DNA of 64,000 bases from Bdellovibrio sp. (GCA_036676395.1 JAKFCY010000002.1:1024001-1088000); one strand, 5' to 3'; positions 9,210 to 19,477 are shown, counted from the stretch's first letter. Translations and numbers: made by a program. The notes: generated by a model not told the origin, from the letters alone.

Positions 9210-9673
9210 TTATTTACATTGTTTATCGTTAATCAGTAATTCTTTGGGTGCAGATTCTAAGATGAACTCTTGGCTGAAGGTACCAAAAACGAGTTTAGCT
9301 TTTGTTTTGCTAACGTGCGGATCGCACTTAAAAAGAAAATCAATAACACCTTGATCATCCGTGCGTCCTTTGTAATGGCCACTTTTTAACTTGAGTTGCA
9401 TATCTTTCAGCTTTAAAGATTTAGTGCTTCCAAACCCATAATCACATGTGACTTTCATTCGAAGTCTACAGATGCCATTTTTATCGCTATTTTTTCTTAC
9501 AAAAAAGCCATAGTCGTCGTTACCAGGCATAAAATCTTTTTCTTCAGTGGTTCACCGATTCCTACGTTAGGCACAAACACAGGTTTTATTTTTGTGCCCT
9601 TAAGAATAATTCTTTCCTCTTGTGCCTGAGTTTGAATTGATAAAAATATGATTAGAAGTAGGATTAAATGCAT
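9210..9673 (-). pseudogene. frameshifted secreted protein (or sequencing indel)
   Basis: ATG at 9673 encodes signal peptide MHLILLLIIFLSIQTQA but stops at 9497; the body continues in the 9210-9530 frame. Confidence 0.55.
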
Positions 9674-9691
9674 ATCAAAATCTTAGGTACT

Positions 9692-10459
9692 TTAGTTTTT
9701 CTTTTTTAATATAAATTTGAAGGTTTGTTCAGTAGGATTTGGTGCTATGTATTTAGCTTCTTCAATAGTTTCATAGCCTTCTTTTTCAACGATAAATGTG
9801 TATTCACTATTTGCATCAAGTCCCTTTTGGCAGGCAGTTTGACCAATATTAATATTAGGATCTTTGATTGAAATAGTTGCGCTAGATGGATCGGATTGAA
9901 AATTCACATGCACTATCACTTTTTCCAAACTGTTTTTGTATTTAGTATAATCAGCAATTGTCGGAGCGCGCTGACTAGCTGTAACGGCATATGCAAGAGA
10001 ATCATGAACGACGCTGCCGATCGCCATGTCAACGCTAGCCATTTTTAACGCGTAATCCATAGAATCTTTTTTGATAGCCGCAGCTAATTTTTTGTCTTTT
10101 ATTTTAGTGTTGATAAATTGTGATTCTAAGATTTTGGCGTACTCGCTTTTGATAAAATTAACTCGCCAATTCTGTAGTATTTTTCTAGCGATGTTATCGT
10201 TGACTAACGTGTTAGGTGTTGATTTTACCCACGAGTGAAAATTTTCACGTGAAGTGGTTTTATATCCTGTAGTTTCAAGAGAGCATATTTCAGCTAGAAA
10301 ACGAGCTCGTGCTGATTCTGAAATTTTTTTCTTTTCGACTTTAATTTCGGCATCAAGAGAATGGTTAATAATTCCGGATGTTTCACAGTTGTTTAGCTGG
10401 GCTTTCGCGAGACTACCAACGGTCAATAGGACTAAAAGATTAAAAATATTTTTATTCAT
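9692..10459 (-). CDS. secreted protein with C-terminal PEGA-like domain
   Basis: GGAG SD, signal peptide; SDPSSATI...IGQT...YTFIVEKEGYE. Confidence 0.65.
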   Translation of the reverse strand: MNKNIFNLLVLLTVGSLAKAQLNNCETSGIINHSLDAEIKVEKKKISESARARFLAEICSLETTGYKTTSRENFHSWVKSTPNTLVNDNIARKILQNWRVNFIKSEYAKILESQFINTKIKDKKLAAAIKKDSMDYALKMASVDMAIGSVVHDSLAYAVTASQRAPTIADYTKYKNSLEKVIVHVNFQSDPSSATISIKDPNINIGQTACQKGLDANSEYTFIVEKEGYETIEEAKYIAPNPTEQTFKFILKKKN

Positions 10460-10961
10460 GATAACTCCAAATATTAAAGATGTAGCCAAGCCCGATTGAA
10501 CATATTGCGCAAAGAAACCTGTAAAATTCTTTAGATAGGTACATTACTGCTACACTGTTTTTTGGTTTTAATGCTATTTGATTTTGACTCATTTGGTTTA
10601 GGACTTCATACATAGATTTATAGCCATAGAAGAACGCGATACTCACGGCGGTTACCCCGAATACAATTGTATATATTGTTAACTCACTTTTCTTTTTTGA
10701 GTTGTGTGTAATCCCGAGAACTGCAAATAATGCTCCAGATAATGTAAGTAAAAAAGTATTTAGTTGTACTATTAAATCTATGGATTTTGAATTGAACTCG
10801 CTGAGGCTTTGAGAAATGTTCGTATAGTTATTAAATTGTGTTTCCCAAAAAAAATATTCATAACCGACAGCTATACAGATAATCAAAAGAGAAACGATTT
10901 TAGTTCTGGTGGTTTTTTCTAAGAATAGGTTTAGTAATGATTTTAGTAAATTAACTTTCAT
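10452..10961 (-). CDS. hypothetical membrane protein
   Basis: about 4 hydrophobic segments; AT-rich codon usage. Confidence 0.6.
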   Translation of the reverse strand: MKVNLLKSLLNLFLEKTTRTKIVSLLIICIAVGYEYFFWETQFNNYTNISQSLSEFNSKSIDLIVQLNTFLLTLSGALFAVLGITHNSKKKSELTIYTIVFGVTAVSIAFFYGYKSMYEVLNQMSQNQIALKPKNSVAVMYLSKEFYRFLCAICSIGLGYIFNIWSYHE

Positions 10962-11144
10962 TTATAAAATTTAATAAATTCTTAGCTTACTTGTCGAACA
11001 AATTTAAAATAATACGCGACAACTAGACTACTTGTAGATATCTGCTGCCGATCCTTCGAAATAGCTAAGATGAATGTTAGGGATGGTAAGCGAAGTTTTT
11101 TGGTCTCTAGATCTTTATTTTGTCGGTATTAGCGAAACTGTTTG

Positions 11145-11438
11145 TTATTTTGAAGGGGATTTTGGTTTGTGCTCTTTGTTTTGTATCAAATACCAAGCAT
11201 CAGTTCGAAGCCAGCCATAACTGTTTTCAGTTACTTCAGATATTATGAATCGGCCTTTTGTTGCTTTCTCGCGAATTTTTATTGAAATCTCTTCTGCAGA
11301 GTAAGTCGAAATAAGGTAGAACATGTTCGGCAAGTCATATCTCCAAGTGTGTACTTCATCAATCTCATCGATATAATTTCTTATTTCTTCTCTGGTCCCA
11401 ACAGAGTCATTGTATACAAGAAGGTAAGCTTTTTTCAT
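11145..11438 (-). CDS. small ferredoxin-fold protein (Cas2/VapD-like hypothetical)
   Basis: YLLVYND N-terminal strand, beta-alpha-beta-beta-alpha-beta pattern, C-terminal GWL...W. Confidence 0.55.
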   Translation of the reverse strand: MKKAYLLVYNDSVGTREEIRNYIDEIDEVHTWRYDLPNMFYLISTYSAEEISIKIREKATKGRFIISEVTENSYGWLRTDAWYLIQNKEHKPKSPSK

Positions 11439-11809
11439 TACTTATCCTCTCTTGAGGTAATAGCAATTGGCTTGGGTATAATATCTAAGATCTCTTCATC
11501 TTTAACAATTAATGGAGAGCTGTCGCCCTTTTGTTCGATAATTTCCAATGATCTTTTCTTAATTTGATAGTCTTCAGATTGTAACTTGTCTCGGTCGAAA
11601 AAAAGCAGAAATATAAAACCGAATATTGCAGCAAGTACAGGGGTAAAAATTAGAAGTATAATCCAAGTGGGTGGTTGGCTAACTACTGATACGACTACTA
11701 ATGCTGGAATCGTAACAATGGCACAAAGCCATAAAATCGGATTTAGAGCACTAGAAACTTTTAAGTTTCCGCCTGCTTCTATTGATTTTGAAGCTATGTT
11801 ATTTTTCAT
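11438..11809 (-). CDS. two-TM membrane protein
   Basis: two TM helices then DRDKLQSEDYQ; ATG 11809 preferred because the longer ORF runs into tRNA-Glu; TAATG overlap with the next gene. Confidence 0.65.
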   Translation of the reverse strand: MKNNIASKSIEAGGNLKVSSALNPILWLCAIVTIPALVVVSVVSQPPTWIILLIFTPVLAAIFGFIFLLFFDRDKLQSEDYQIKKRSLEIIEQKGDSSPLIVKDEEILDIIPKPIAITSREDK

Positions 11810-11842
11810 TAAGATATGCTCGCTTGTAGCAGTTAGAAAATT

Positions 11843-11918
11843 TGGCGTTCCCAAGGGGATTTGAACCCCTGTATCCTCCGTGAAAGGGAGGTGTCCTAGG
11901 CCACTAGACGATGGGAAC
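11843..11918 (-). tRNA. tRNA-Glu(TTC)
   Basis: 76-nt cloverleaf GTTCCCA...CCTCC-CTTTCAC-GGAGG...GGTTCAAATCC...GCCA. Confidence 0.97.
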
Positions 11919-11950
11919 CCGTTGGACTTCGAAAAAAACTACCATAAAAA

Positions 11951-12026
11951 TGGTGGCTCGCGATGGATTCGAACCATCGACCCCTTCATTAAAAGTGAAG
12001 TGCTCTACCAGCTGAGCTAGCGAACC
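11951..12026 (-). tRNA. tRNA-Lys(TTT)
   Basis: 76-nt cloverleaf GGTTCGC...CTTCA-CTTTTAA-TGAAG...GGTTCGAATCC...ACCA. Confidence 0.97.
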
Positions 12027-12115
12027 GTTTAATCGAGTCGTCAATTTCATATAACTTCTCGGGGCAGTCAAACTTTTTTTATAAAAAGTTTTTGATGCCC
12101 AATTCAAGGTCAGAA

Positions 12116-13414
12116 TTAGTCTTTATAGAGTGGTTTTACCCATAAAGTTTGCTCTCTATCTGGGCCAACTGAAATAATATCGATCGGAGTGCCCAATTGG
12201 CTCTGTACGTAATTGATATAAGCAGTCGCTTTGACCGGTAAATCCTGAAGGGTTTTTACCTTTGTAAGATCTTCCTTCCAACCTGGGATGTATTCGATCA
12301 CAGGCTCAAGCTGAGCAACTAATTCAGTCGATGTTGGGAACTCGTGAATGATCTCGCCATTCAGTTTATAGGCTGTTACAACGCCGACTTTATCAAGGCA
12401 TGAAAGAACATCTAATTTCATCATCGCAAGGCTATTAATGCCGTTTAAACGGATCGCATACTTAAGGGCTACTAGATCTAACCAACCGCAACGACGCGCG
12501 CGTCCTGTAGTTGAACCGAATTCGTGACCTTCTTTTTGAATTTGTGCCCCAACGTCGTCTTTTAACTCAGACGGGAACGGGCCGCTGCCAACGCGTGTGC
12601 AATAAGCTTTAAACACACCTACGATTTTAGATAAGTGATGAGGGCCAAGGCCCGCAGACACTGAACCAGAACCAGCTAAAGTGCTAGAGCTTGTCACATA
12701 CGGGTATGTGCCGTGGTTGATATCTAAAAGTGTACCTTGTGCACCTTCGAATAATAATTTTTTATTCAATTTTAGCTTTTGTGAAACGAATAATGACACA
12801 TCTGTTAAACGGTAAGGGCGTAATTCTTCAATCACTGGCTTAATTTGCTCTAAGATCTCTTTTGCCGATAATTCAGGAGCATCATAAAGATTTTTAAGAA
12901 GAACGTTTTTTTCTTTGATCGCAAATTCGATTTTTTCTAATAGGTCTTTAGAATCAAAAAGATCAGACATAATTAAGGCTCTACGAGACGCACGGTCTTC
13001 GTAAGCCGGGCCAATGCCTTTGCCAGTGGTGCCGATTTTACCTGCTTCTAAGGCTTTTTCGCGCGCTTGATCTAAAGCCTTGTGATACGGAAGCAACACA
13101 GTCGCATTATCTGCAATTAATAATTGCGCGTTTGTAAGCGGAAGACCCGTTAATTTTAGTTTTCTGATTTCTTCAGCTAAACCTAAAATATCGATCACAA
13201 CACCAGAGGCAATCACGCAGGTTTTATCTGAATGTAGAATTCCTGATGGAATTAAATGTAGAACTGTTTTTTGGCCATTCACAACTAATGTGTGGCCGGC
13301 GTTTGATCCGCCTTGAAAACGTACAACTGTATCTGCATGTGATGCAAAAACGTCGACTAATTTACCTTTACCTTCATCGCCCCACTGAGCCCCAATAACA
13401 ACAACTGCTGACAT
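12116..13414 (-). CDS. purA: adenylosuccinate synthetase
   Basis: GAQWGDEGKGK, IGTTGKGIGPAY, GTYPYVTSS. Confidence 0.98.
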   Translation of the reverse strand: MSAVVVIGAQWGDEGKGKLVDVFASHADTVVRFQGGSNAGHTLVVNGQKTVLHLIPSGILHSDKTCVIASGVVIDILGLAEEIRKLKLTGLPLTNAQLLIADNATVLLPYHKALDQAREKALEAGKIGTTGKGIGPAYEDRASRRALIMSDLFDSKDLLEKIEFAIKEKNVLLKNLYDAPELSAKEILEQIKPVIEELRPYRLTDVSLFVSQKLKLNKKLLFEGAQGTLLDINHGTYPYVTSSSTLAGSGSVSAGLGPHHLSKIVGVFKAYCTRVGSGPFPSELKDDVGAQIQKEGHEFGSTTGRARRCGWLDLVALKYAIRLNGINSLAMMKLDVLSCLDKVGVVTAYKLNGEIIHEFPTSTELVAQLEPVIEYIPGWKEDLTKVKTLQDLPVKATAYINYVQSQLGTPIDIISVGPDREQTLWVKPLYKD

Positions 13415-13429
13415 AATCTTATTTTTCCT

Positions 13430-14410
13430 TTAGTCATTAAACATCATACTGCCCCAATTATTCTGAAACGGGAGAGTATTTTGAGTTTTATTCGTTTTTA
13501 AAAAATCTATACATAAATTTGTAGCTTCCAGCGAAGCTTTCGCGAAAGCCTGTTCAGTCATAGCACCAATATGCTGAGTTAAAACCACTTTTTGTGATTT
13601 TAGTAATTTTGATTCACGTGAAAGCGGTTCTTTGGCAAAGACATCAAGGCCGCACATGCGCACAACACCTTCATCAAGGGCATCAACCAGGTCATCTTCG
13701 TTGATCACCGAGCCGCGAGACGTGTTAATCAACACCACATCTTTATTGGTGTATTCAAAATGTGAGCGGTTCATCATGTTTTTAGTCTCTTTAGTCAGAG
13801 GCACATGAAAAGAAATAATATCTGATTGTTTTAATAATTCTTCGTAAGATGAACGTTCTAATTTTAAAGTCTCGAACACTTCATCTTCTTGGTACGGATC
13901 AAAAGCCACAACATTCATAGCGAACGCTTTGGCAAAGCCTGCAATTTTTTGCCCGATACGGCCAAGACCAACAATACCGATGGTTTTACCGGCTAATTCA
14001 AAACCAGCAGGTAATTTTTCGCGATCCCATGTTCCGGCTTTGATTTGTTTATGTGATTCTTGGATCGGGCGGTGAGTGTTTAAAATTAAACCCCACGTAA
14101 GTTCTGCTGCAGATTGGGCGTTCGCATTTGGCGTGTACATCACCTGAATGTTTTTTTCTTGGGTAGCTTGTAGATCAATATGATCAAAGCCACTTGTGCA
14201 AGTGATGATTAGTTTTAAATTCGGAGCCGAAGCTATAAGTTCGCGGGTAATTTTTGTTTTACTGCGAATAATCAGGCCTGTGGCTTTTGCTAAGTGGTCA
14301 GCTAATTCATCTATACTGGTTAGTTTAACAACATCAGCAAGGTTAGAACTTTTTAAAGTCACTAGTGCTTCGGTCGAGAATTTTTCGCTGATAACGATGT
14401 ATGGTTTCAC
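13430..14410 (-). CDS. D-2-hydroxyacid dehydrogenase (SerA-like, no ACT domain)
   Basis: GIVGLGRIG, INTSRG, LDVF..EP, HIGA; GTG at 14410 overlaps the upstream TGA. Confidence 0.85.
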   Translation of the reverse strand: MKPYIVISEKFSTEALVTLKSSNLADVVKLTSIDELADHLAKATGLIIRSKTKITRELIASAPNLKLIITCTSGFDHIDLQATQEKNIQVMYTPNANAQSAAELTWGLILNTHRPIQESHKQIKAGTWDREKLPAGFELAGKTIGIVGLGRIGQKIAGFAKAFAMNVVAFDPYQEDEVFETLKLERSSYEELLKQSDIISFHVPLTKETKNMMNRSHFEYTNKDVVLINTSRGSVINEDDLVDALDEGVVRMCGLDVFAKEPLSRESKLLKSQKVVLTQHIGAMTEQAFAKASLEATNLCIDFLKTNKTQNTLPFQNNWGSMMFND

Positions 14411-15558
14411 AGATTTTCCTTTAACCATAATAGCGAAGCATCGCGTACAGTTTGTAAGTCTAGACTCATTCCGAAATCATTTAACCCTGCGGCTAAACGT
14501 TCAGTGGTCTGGTGCAGATCTTGGTCAGTGATATAACCCATGTGACCTAGGCGAATGATTTTACCTTTTAATTGGTCTTGTCCGCCCATCACAGTGACGT
14601 TGTAAGCTTTTTCTAAGTGTTCACGAAATTTTGCGCCATCAAAACCTGTGGGTAGGGTTAACGCGGTCACCGAATCACTCGGAGCTTTTGAATACACTTC
14701 AAGGTTTAAAGTTTTAGTCATCGTGCGTGTGTAATCTGCACGACGTTTAATAGTTTTATATAAACCTTCTAAGCCTTGTGTTTTGATATCTTTTAACACG
14801 AAAGCTAAGGCTCTGATTAACGTAACATTAGAAGAGAAAAATGTTTCACCTTTGTCATTTGCAACTAACTCGCGGCGAACATCAAAATAATATCTTGGTG
14901 TAGGGTTAGCTTTAATTACTTGCCACGCTTTTTGCGAGAATGAAATTAAGCTTAATCCTGTGGGTAACATAATCGCTTTTTGGCTGCCAGCAACTAAACC
15001 ATCAATCTGCCATTGATCCATCGGTAGCGGCATTGCACCTAAAGCTGTGATCGCATCGACTAAAAACAACGCTTTCGTTTTTGCGACGATGTTTGCTAGT
15101 TCCTGAATCGGGTGAACGCTCGCCGTACTTGTTTCACAAGCTTGCGTCATTACGATTTCAGTATCTGGATTTTCATCTAAGAATTTTTTAACATCATTTG
15201 GATTAACGGCAGAACCCCATGGCACATTTAGTTTGTGAACTTTGGCGCCAAACACTTCAGCCATCTCGGCCCAGCGTTCGCCGAATTTTCCAGAGATAAT
15301 CGCTAAGACTTTACTTTGTGGTTTAATCACATTGATGAGTAAAGCTTCCATGCCGCCAGAGCCCGTGCTTGTTAAAATAAAAACTTTTTCGTTTGTAACA
15401 AATAAGGTTTTCAAATCAGCGAGTACAGATTTTAAAATTTGATCGAACTCGGGTGTGCGGTGATGGATCATCGGTAACGATAATATTTTTTGGACTTCCG
15501 GATGCAGTTGTACGGGACCCGGTGCTAAAAGTAAGGATTTCGATGTATCAATTGACAT
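14407..15558 (-). CDS. class V PLP aminotransferase (alanine-glyoxylate/serine-pyruvate family)
   Basis: LLAPGPV, HHRTPEF, VDAIT, GSQKA, IRLGHMG. Confidence 0.9.
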   Translation of the reverse strand: MSIDTSKSLLLAPGPVQLHPEVQKILSLPMIHHRTPEFDQILKSVLADLKTLFVTNEKVFILTSTGSGGMEALLINVIKPQSKVLAIISGKFGERWAEMAEVFGAKVHKLNVPWGSAVNPNDVKKFLDENPDTEIVMTQACETSTASVHPIQELANIVAKTKALFLVDAITALGAMPLPMDQWQIDGLVAGSQKAIMLPTGLSLISFSQKAWQVIKANPTPRYYFDVRRELVANDKGETFFSSNVTLIRALAFVLKDIKTQGLEGLYKTIKRRADYTRTMTKTLNLEVYSKAPSDSVTALTLPTGFDGAKFREHLEKAYNVTVMGGQDQLKGKIIRLGHMGYITDQDLHQTTERLAAGLNDFGMSLDLQTVRDASLLWLKENL

Positions 15559-15588
15559 TTTCGGCCTTTCCGCGGTTTGATTACAACA

Positions 15589-16167
15589 ATGAAACCACAC
15601 TTTGTCGAAGCTTTTATGCTCGCTTTTACCCTATGTATTACAGGTTGCGCTTACAAACTTAGCAGCAAGGTTGATACGCTTCCGCAGAATGTGCGAGTGA
15701 TTTATGCGCCGTTGTTTAAAAACGTCTCTACCGAACCTGGTTTAGAGGTTTACTTTACCAATTCTATGAAACGCGAGCTTTTAAACTCGAAGGTAGTTAA
15801 ACTTGTTGATTCTGAATTAGTTTCAGATGCTGTTTTGTACGGAAGAGTGTCTAACGTTGAGATCGTTTCTGAAGAAGGGGCAATTGAGGCCAAAGACACG
15901 CAGTTTTTGCCTAAAAATACGATCTTAAGCACGACAACAAAAATTACGGTGACCGTGGATTTAAGACTTCAGCGCAAAAATTCTTCTGAAGTGTTGTGGA
16001 GCAGTCAATTTAAGCAGAGCAGAAACTACACACCGCCGCAGCTGACTTTGCCAGTCATTAATTCGGCGAACAATCTTTACAATCTATCGGCTCGCAGGCA
16101 GACTTTAGAAACTTTATCAGAAGAGATGATGCAGCTCGCATTTGACCGTCTGGTAGATAACTTTTAA
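15589..16167 (+). CDS. lptE: LPS-assembly lipoprotein LptE-like
   Basis: lipobox ITGC-AYKL; position upstream of holA. Confidence 0.7.
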   Translation: MKPHFVEAFMLAFTLCITGCAYKLSSKVDTLPQNVRVIYAPLFKNVSTEPGLEVYFTNSMKRELLNSKVVKLVDSELVSDAVLYGRVSNVEIVSEEGAIEAKDTQFLPKNTILSTTTKITVTVDLRLQRKNSSEVLWSSQFKQSRNYTPPQLTLPVINSANNLYNLSARRQTLETLSEEMMQLAFDRLVDNF

Positions 16168-16191
16168 TACGTATATTTTTTAAAGTAGCTA

Positions 16192-17193
16192 ATGGCGATA
16201 ATTGATCAAAATAAATTTTATAAAGATTTAGAAACAGGAAATGTTGCTCCTGTTTATTTTATTTTTGGTGATGAGCCATTTCTGATCGATCAATGCGTGA
16301 ACCGTTTTAAATATGGTTTGTTAGACGAAAATTCTTTAGATTTTAATTATTCATTATTTTACGCAGGCGATGCCGATATCTTTGCGATTAAAGACACGGT
16401 TGAAACATTGCCGGTGTTTGCGCAACGTCGTGTGGTGATTTTAAAAAACTCGCACGAATTAAAAGACTCTGAGTGGAACGAATTAGAATCTGTTTTTAAA
16501 AATCCCGTTGATTCAACTTGTTTTGTTTTATTTGCCGATAAAATCGATAAACGCAAAAAACATTTTAAAAATGTTATGGATATCGCCTCATCTATAGAAT
16601 TTAAAAAACCCTACGATAATGAAATTCCCCGTTGGATTAATTACTATGCCTCTCAGTATGAACTTAAATTAACCCAAGCTGCAGTTCACAGGCTGCACCG
16701 TTTGGTGGGTAATAATTTATCTGAAATCTATGCGCAGTTAGAAAAAATCAAAGTTTATCTAGACGGTGCAACCCATGTTGAAGCCGAACATGTCAATGCT
16801 GTCGTGTCTAACAGTCGTGAAGAAAACGTTTTTGATTTTACTAAAGCCGTCGGGCAAAAAGATCGTGTTCGTGCGCTAGAACAAATCGTAAATTTATTAG
16901 ACCAGGGCCAAAGTGAAATCGGAATCGTGAATTTACTGGCTCGGCATATGAGAATTTTATTAACTGTGCGTACGGGTTTGGATCAGGGCATTGGCGGCGC
17001 AAAACTGGCCAATCTTGCGAATGTTTCACCTTATTTTGTTGATGAATATGCAGCCCAAGCTAAAGGCTGGCCAGTGCGTAAACTTGAAGATTCATTGGTT
17101 CTTCTTGGCGAAACAGATAAAGCTTTAAAATCATCGCCGTTATCAAGTCACATCTGGCTTGAAAACCTAGTTCTTAAATCATGTTCTATGTGA
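16192..17193 (+). CDS. holA: DNA polymerase III delta subunit
   Basis: PVYFIFGDE.FL, LPVFAQRRVV, DKRKK, ENVFD. Confidence 0.93.
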   Translation: MAIIDQNKFYKDLETGNVAPVYFIFGDEPFLIDQCVNRFKYGLLDENSLDFNYSLFYAGDADIFAIKDTVETLPVFAQRRVVILKNSHELKDSEWNELESVFKNPVDSTCFVLFADKIDKRKKHFKNVMDIASSIEFKKPYDNEIPRWINYYASQYELKLTQAAVHRLHRLVGNNLSEIYAQLEKIKVYLDGATHVEAEHVNAVVSNSREENVFDFTKAVGQKDRVRALEQIVNLLDQGQSEIGIVNLLARHMRILLTVRTGLDQGIGGAKLANLANVSPYFVDEYAAQAKGWPVRKLEDSLVLLGETDKALKSSPLSSHIWLENLVLKSCSM

Positions 17194-17307
17194 CGGCAAA
17201 AACTGTCTCATTGTATATCTCTTGAATAGTTTTTAACCGCCAAAACCCATATATTGCTTAATGCGATGGAATCGATATCGCTATGAGACATCTCGAAGAG
17301 GTGTTTT

Positions 17308-17586
17308 ATGAAGATGACCCATATCCTTGCGGCTTTAACATTATTATTAGCTACGCTGACTTTTCACGTTGAAGCGTCTGCCACTTACTCTAAAAAAACC
17401 TTTAAGGGCCAAGTTATTGATGTCAATCAAGACGAAGAAGGTGCCTCGATAGTTGTAAAAGCAGCTAATGGTCTTACGCAATCTATATATGCGCCTCGCT
17501 CACGCGCTAATGATCAAATCGTTGAACGCGCCATTAAAGCTCGTGATACCAAAACTAATTTTACAATTTCAACTCAGAATTTATAA
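17308..17586 (+). CDS. small secreted hypothetical protein
   Basis: GAGG SD; signal peptide ending ASA. Confidence 0.65.
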   Translation: MKMTHILAALTLLLATLTFHVEASATYSKKTFKGQVIDVNQDEEGASIVVKAANGLTQSIYAPRSRANDQIVERAIKARDTKTNFTISTQNL

Positions 17587-17598
17587 GAAGGCGCATTC

Positions 17599-19470
17599 AT
17601 GAAAACAATTAAATTAGCCCCGTTTATTTTAGGTATGGTTTTCTCAGCTCAGGCATTGGCTCAGGTAGTTCCAGCAGGATTAGCCGCAGTGCCTGCAAAT
17701 GTTATCACTCCGGTGGTATCTACTGTGGCCGTGCCGTTAACGAGTGAAACACTGGTTCTGCGCAGCCAAGGTGCTTTACTGCAGCATGTGTACTTAAATA
17801 AAGTAAACGAATTACTTATGTTAGCTGATGCTGAGGGTATGCAACGTGACTGGTTTGTGGATGACCAAGTTGCCAATTTATTAAATTCTTATGCACAGGC
17901 AAATAATGCAAACGAACTGCGTAAAGCGGCTTATAACGTTGTTTACAAAATGATGACGATTTTAAATCGCGGTTATGTTCAGCCAGAACAACTCGGCGAC
18001 AAAACTCTTATTAGTGTTGCAAAAATCAAAGGGTCGGCGAAAGGGTTGCCGGCATTGATTCAAAAAGAATTATTTCGTTTTGAAAAGGGTGAAATCTCTG
18101 CCGAGCAATTATTTGCAACGTTTCGCCCGAAAAATGCAAGTTATTCAAGATTATTATCAATGTATCAAAAAATTTCGACAATGTATAAAAACGGTCAGGT
18201 GTCAGATGCAGAAATTCCTGCTGCATTGACGGTAATTAAAAAAGGTTCAAAAGATACAGCTTCGATTAAATTTGCCCGTAAGCGTTTAGCTTTATTGGGT
18301 TACCCGAACAACGAACTTGATGCAGCCTACACTGACGACTTAAAACTTGCGATCGAACAGTTACAAGAAAATAATCTTTTATCTATTGATGGCGTTATCG
18401 GTAAAAATAGCTATGGTTTAATAACTACACCTATTGCGCAAATTATTACACGTTTAAAGATTAACTTAGACCGTTCTCGTTGGTTACCAGATGATTTAAG
18501 TTCTGAATTTGTTCACGTAAATTTAGCAGCACAGCGTTTTTTCTATTATAAAGATAACGCCATTGCTTTAACTTTCAGAACTATTAATGGAGCGAAAGAT
18601 CGTCCAACTCCAATTTTAACAAGTAAAATCACAACGATGATCTTAAACCCGACTTGGACAGTTGCGCCGACTCCTTATTTTAAAGATAAAACTAAAATGT
18701 TTTCAGGCTGGGGTGGGCTTGATGATGTGAATGAAAAACGTTACACATTTTTAGTTGAAAATCTAAAAATTATCGAAGAGTACAATCAGCAATACAAAAT
18801 GGCTACTGGCGAAGAATATCCTTTCATCGATGTTATCAGAAGATTTACGAACCCAATGGATAACACGATTAATGCCACGACAGAAAACTGGCCAGCTTTT
18901 ATGAAGCTATTTCAAGACGAAAAAGCAAGATTTGAAGCCACTGGTTTAAGACCAGATAAAACAGCCCGCGCTTTGCGTATCGTACAAAGACCGGGTGGTG
19001 AACAAAATGCATTAGGTTGGATTAAGTTTCCTCTTAACGGAACAAACAGCATTTATATGCATGATACTAACGATAGAAAGTTATTTGGCAATACTGACCG
19101 CATGTTGAGTTCTGGTTGTGTTCGTATGGAAAAACCTTGGGATTTAGCCATCATGTTACTTGGTGGTACTCGTGACCCATTAACTGGAGAATATCTTGGG
19201 GCGACGATTGATCCGTTAACTGGAATGTCTCATACAGTTGAGTCTTTACACGCCAGAACTATCACGCGTTTTCCGATTGCGGATAGACCAGATCCAAATT
19301 TAGACCTAGGTCGTTCAGTGCCAGTTTACTTTCTTTACGATACGGCGCACATCAATGACATTGGTCAGATGACATTAGTTAAAGATAACTACGGTATTGA
19401 TTTAGACATGTACAAGCTGATGATGGGAATTCCATTAGTGAGCACTGTAGAAGATCCAGCAGGAGAATAG
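17599..19470 (+). CDS. L,D-transpeptidase (YcbB/LdtD type) with PG-binding domain
   Basis: L..DGVIG PG-binding motif, NPTW, NALG.IKF, IYMHDT...SSGCVR catalytic His/Cys. Confidence 0.9.
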   Translation: MKTIKLAPFILGMVFSAQALAQVVPAGLAAVPANVITPVVSTVAVPLTSETLVLRSQGALLQHVYLNKVNELLMLADAEGMQRDWFVDDQVANLLNSYAQANNANELRKAAYNVVYKMMTILNRGYVQPEQLGDKTLISVAKIKGSAKGLPALIQKELFRFEKGEISAEQLFATFRPKNASYSRLLSMYQKISTMYKNGQVSDAEIPAALTVIKKGSKDTASIKFARKRLALLGYPNNELDAAYTDDLKLAIEQLQENNLLSIDGVIGKNSYGLITTPIAQIITRLKINLDRSRWLPDDLSSEFVHVNLAAQRFFYYKDNAIALTFRTINGAKDRPTPILTSKITTMILNPTWTVAPTPYFKDKTKMFSGWGGLDDVNEKRYTFLVENLKIIEEYNQQYKMATGEEYPFIDVIRRFTNPMDNTINATTENWPAFMKLFQDEKARFEATGLRPDKTARALRIVQRPGGEQNALGWIKFPLNGTNSIYMHDTNDRKLFGNTDRMLSSGCVRMEKPWDLAIMLLGGTRDPLTGEYLGATIDPLTGMSHTVESLHARTITRFPIADRPDPNLDLGRSVPVYFLYDTAHINDIGQMTLVKDNYGIDLDMYKLMMGIPLVSTVEDPAGE

Positions 19471-19477
19471 TCATATC

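Noticed and set aside
11145..11438. Cas2-like protein as evidence of a CRISPR-Cas locus
   Set aside because: No cas1, other cas gene or repeat-spacer array in the window
9692..11842. Intact prophage or integrative element at tRNA-Glu
   Set aside because: No integrase, att duplication or phage structural genes seen
11904..12107. 67-aa ORF on the minus strand
   Set aside because: Overlaps tRNA-Lys and tRNA-Glu; shadow ORF
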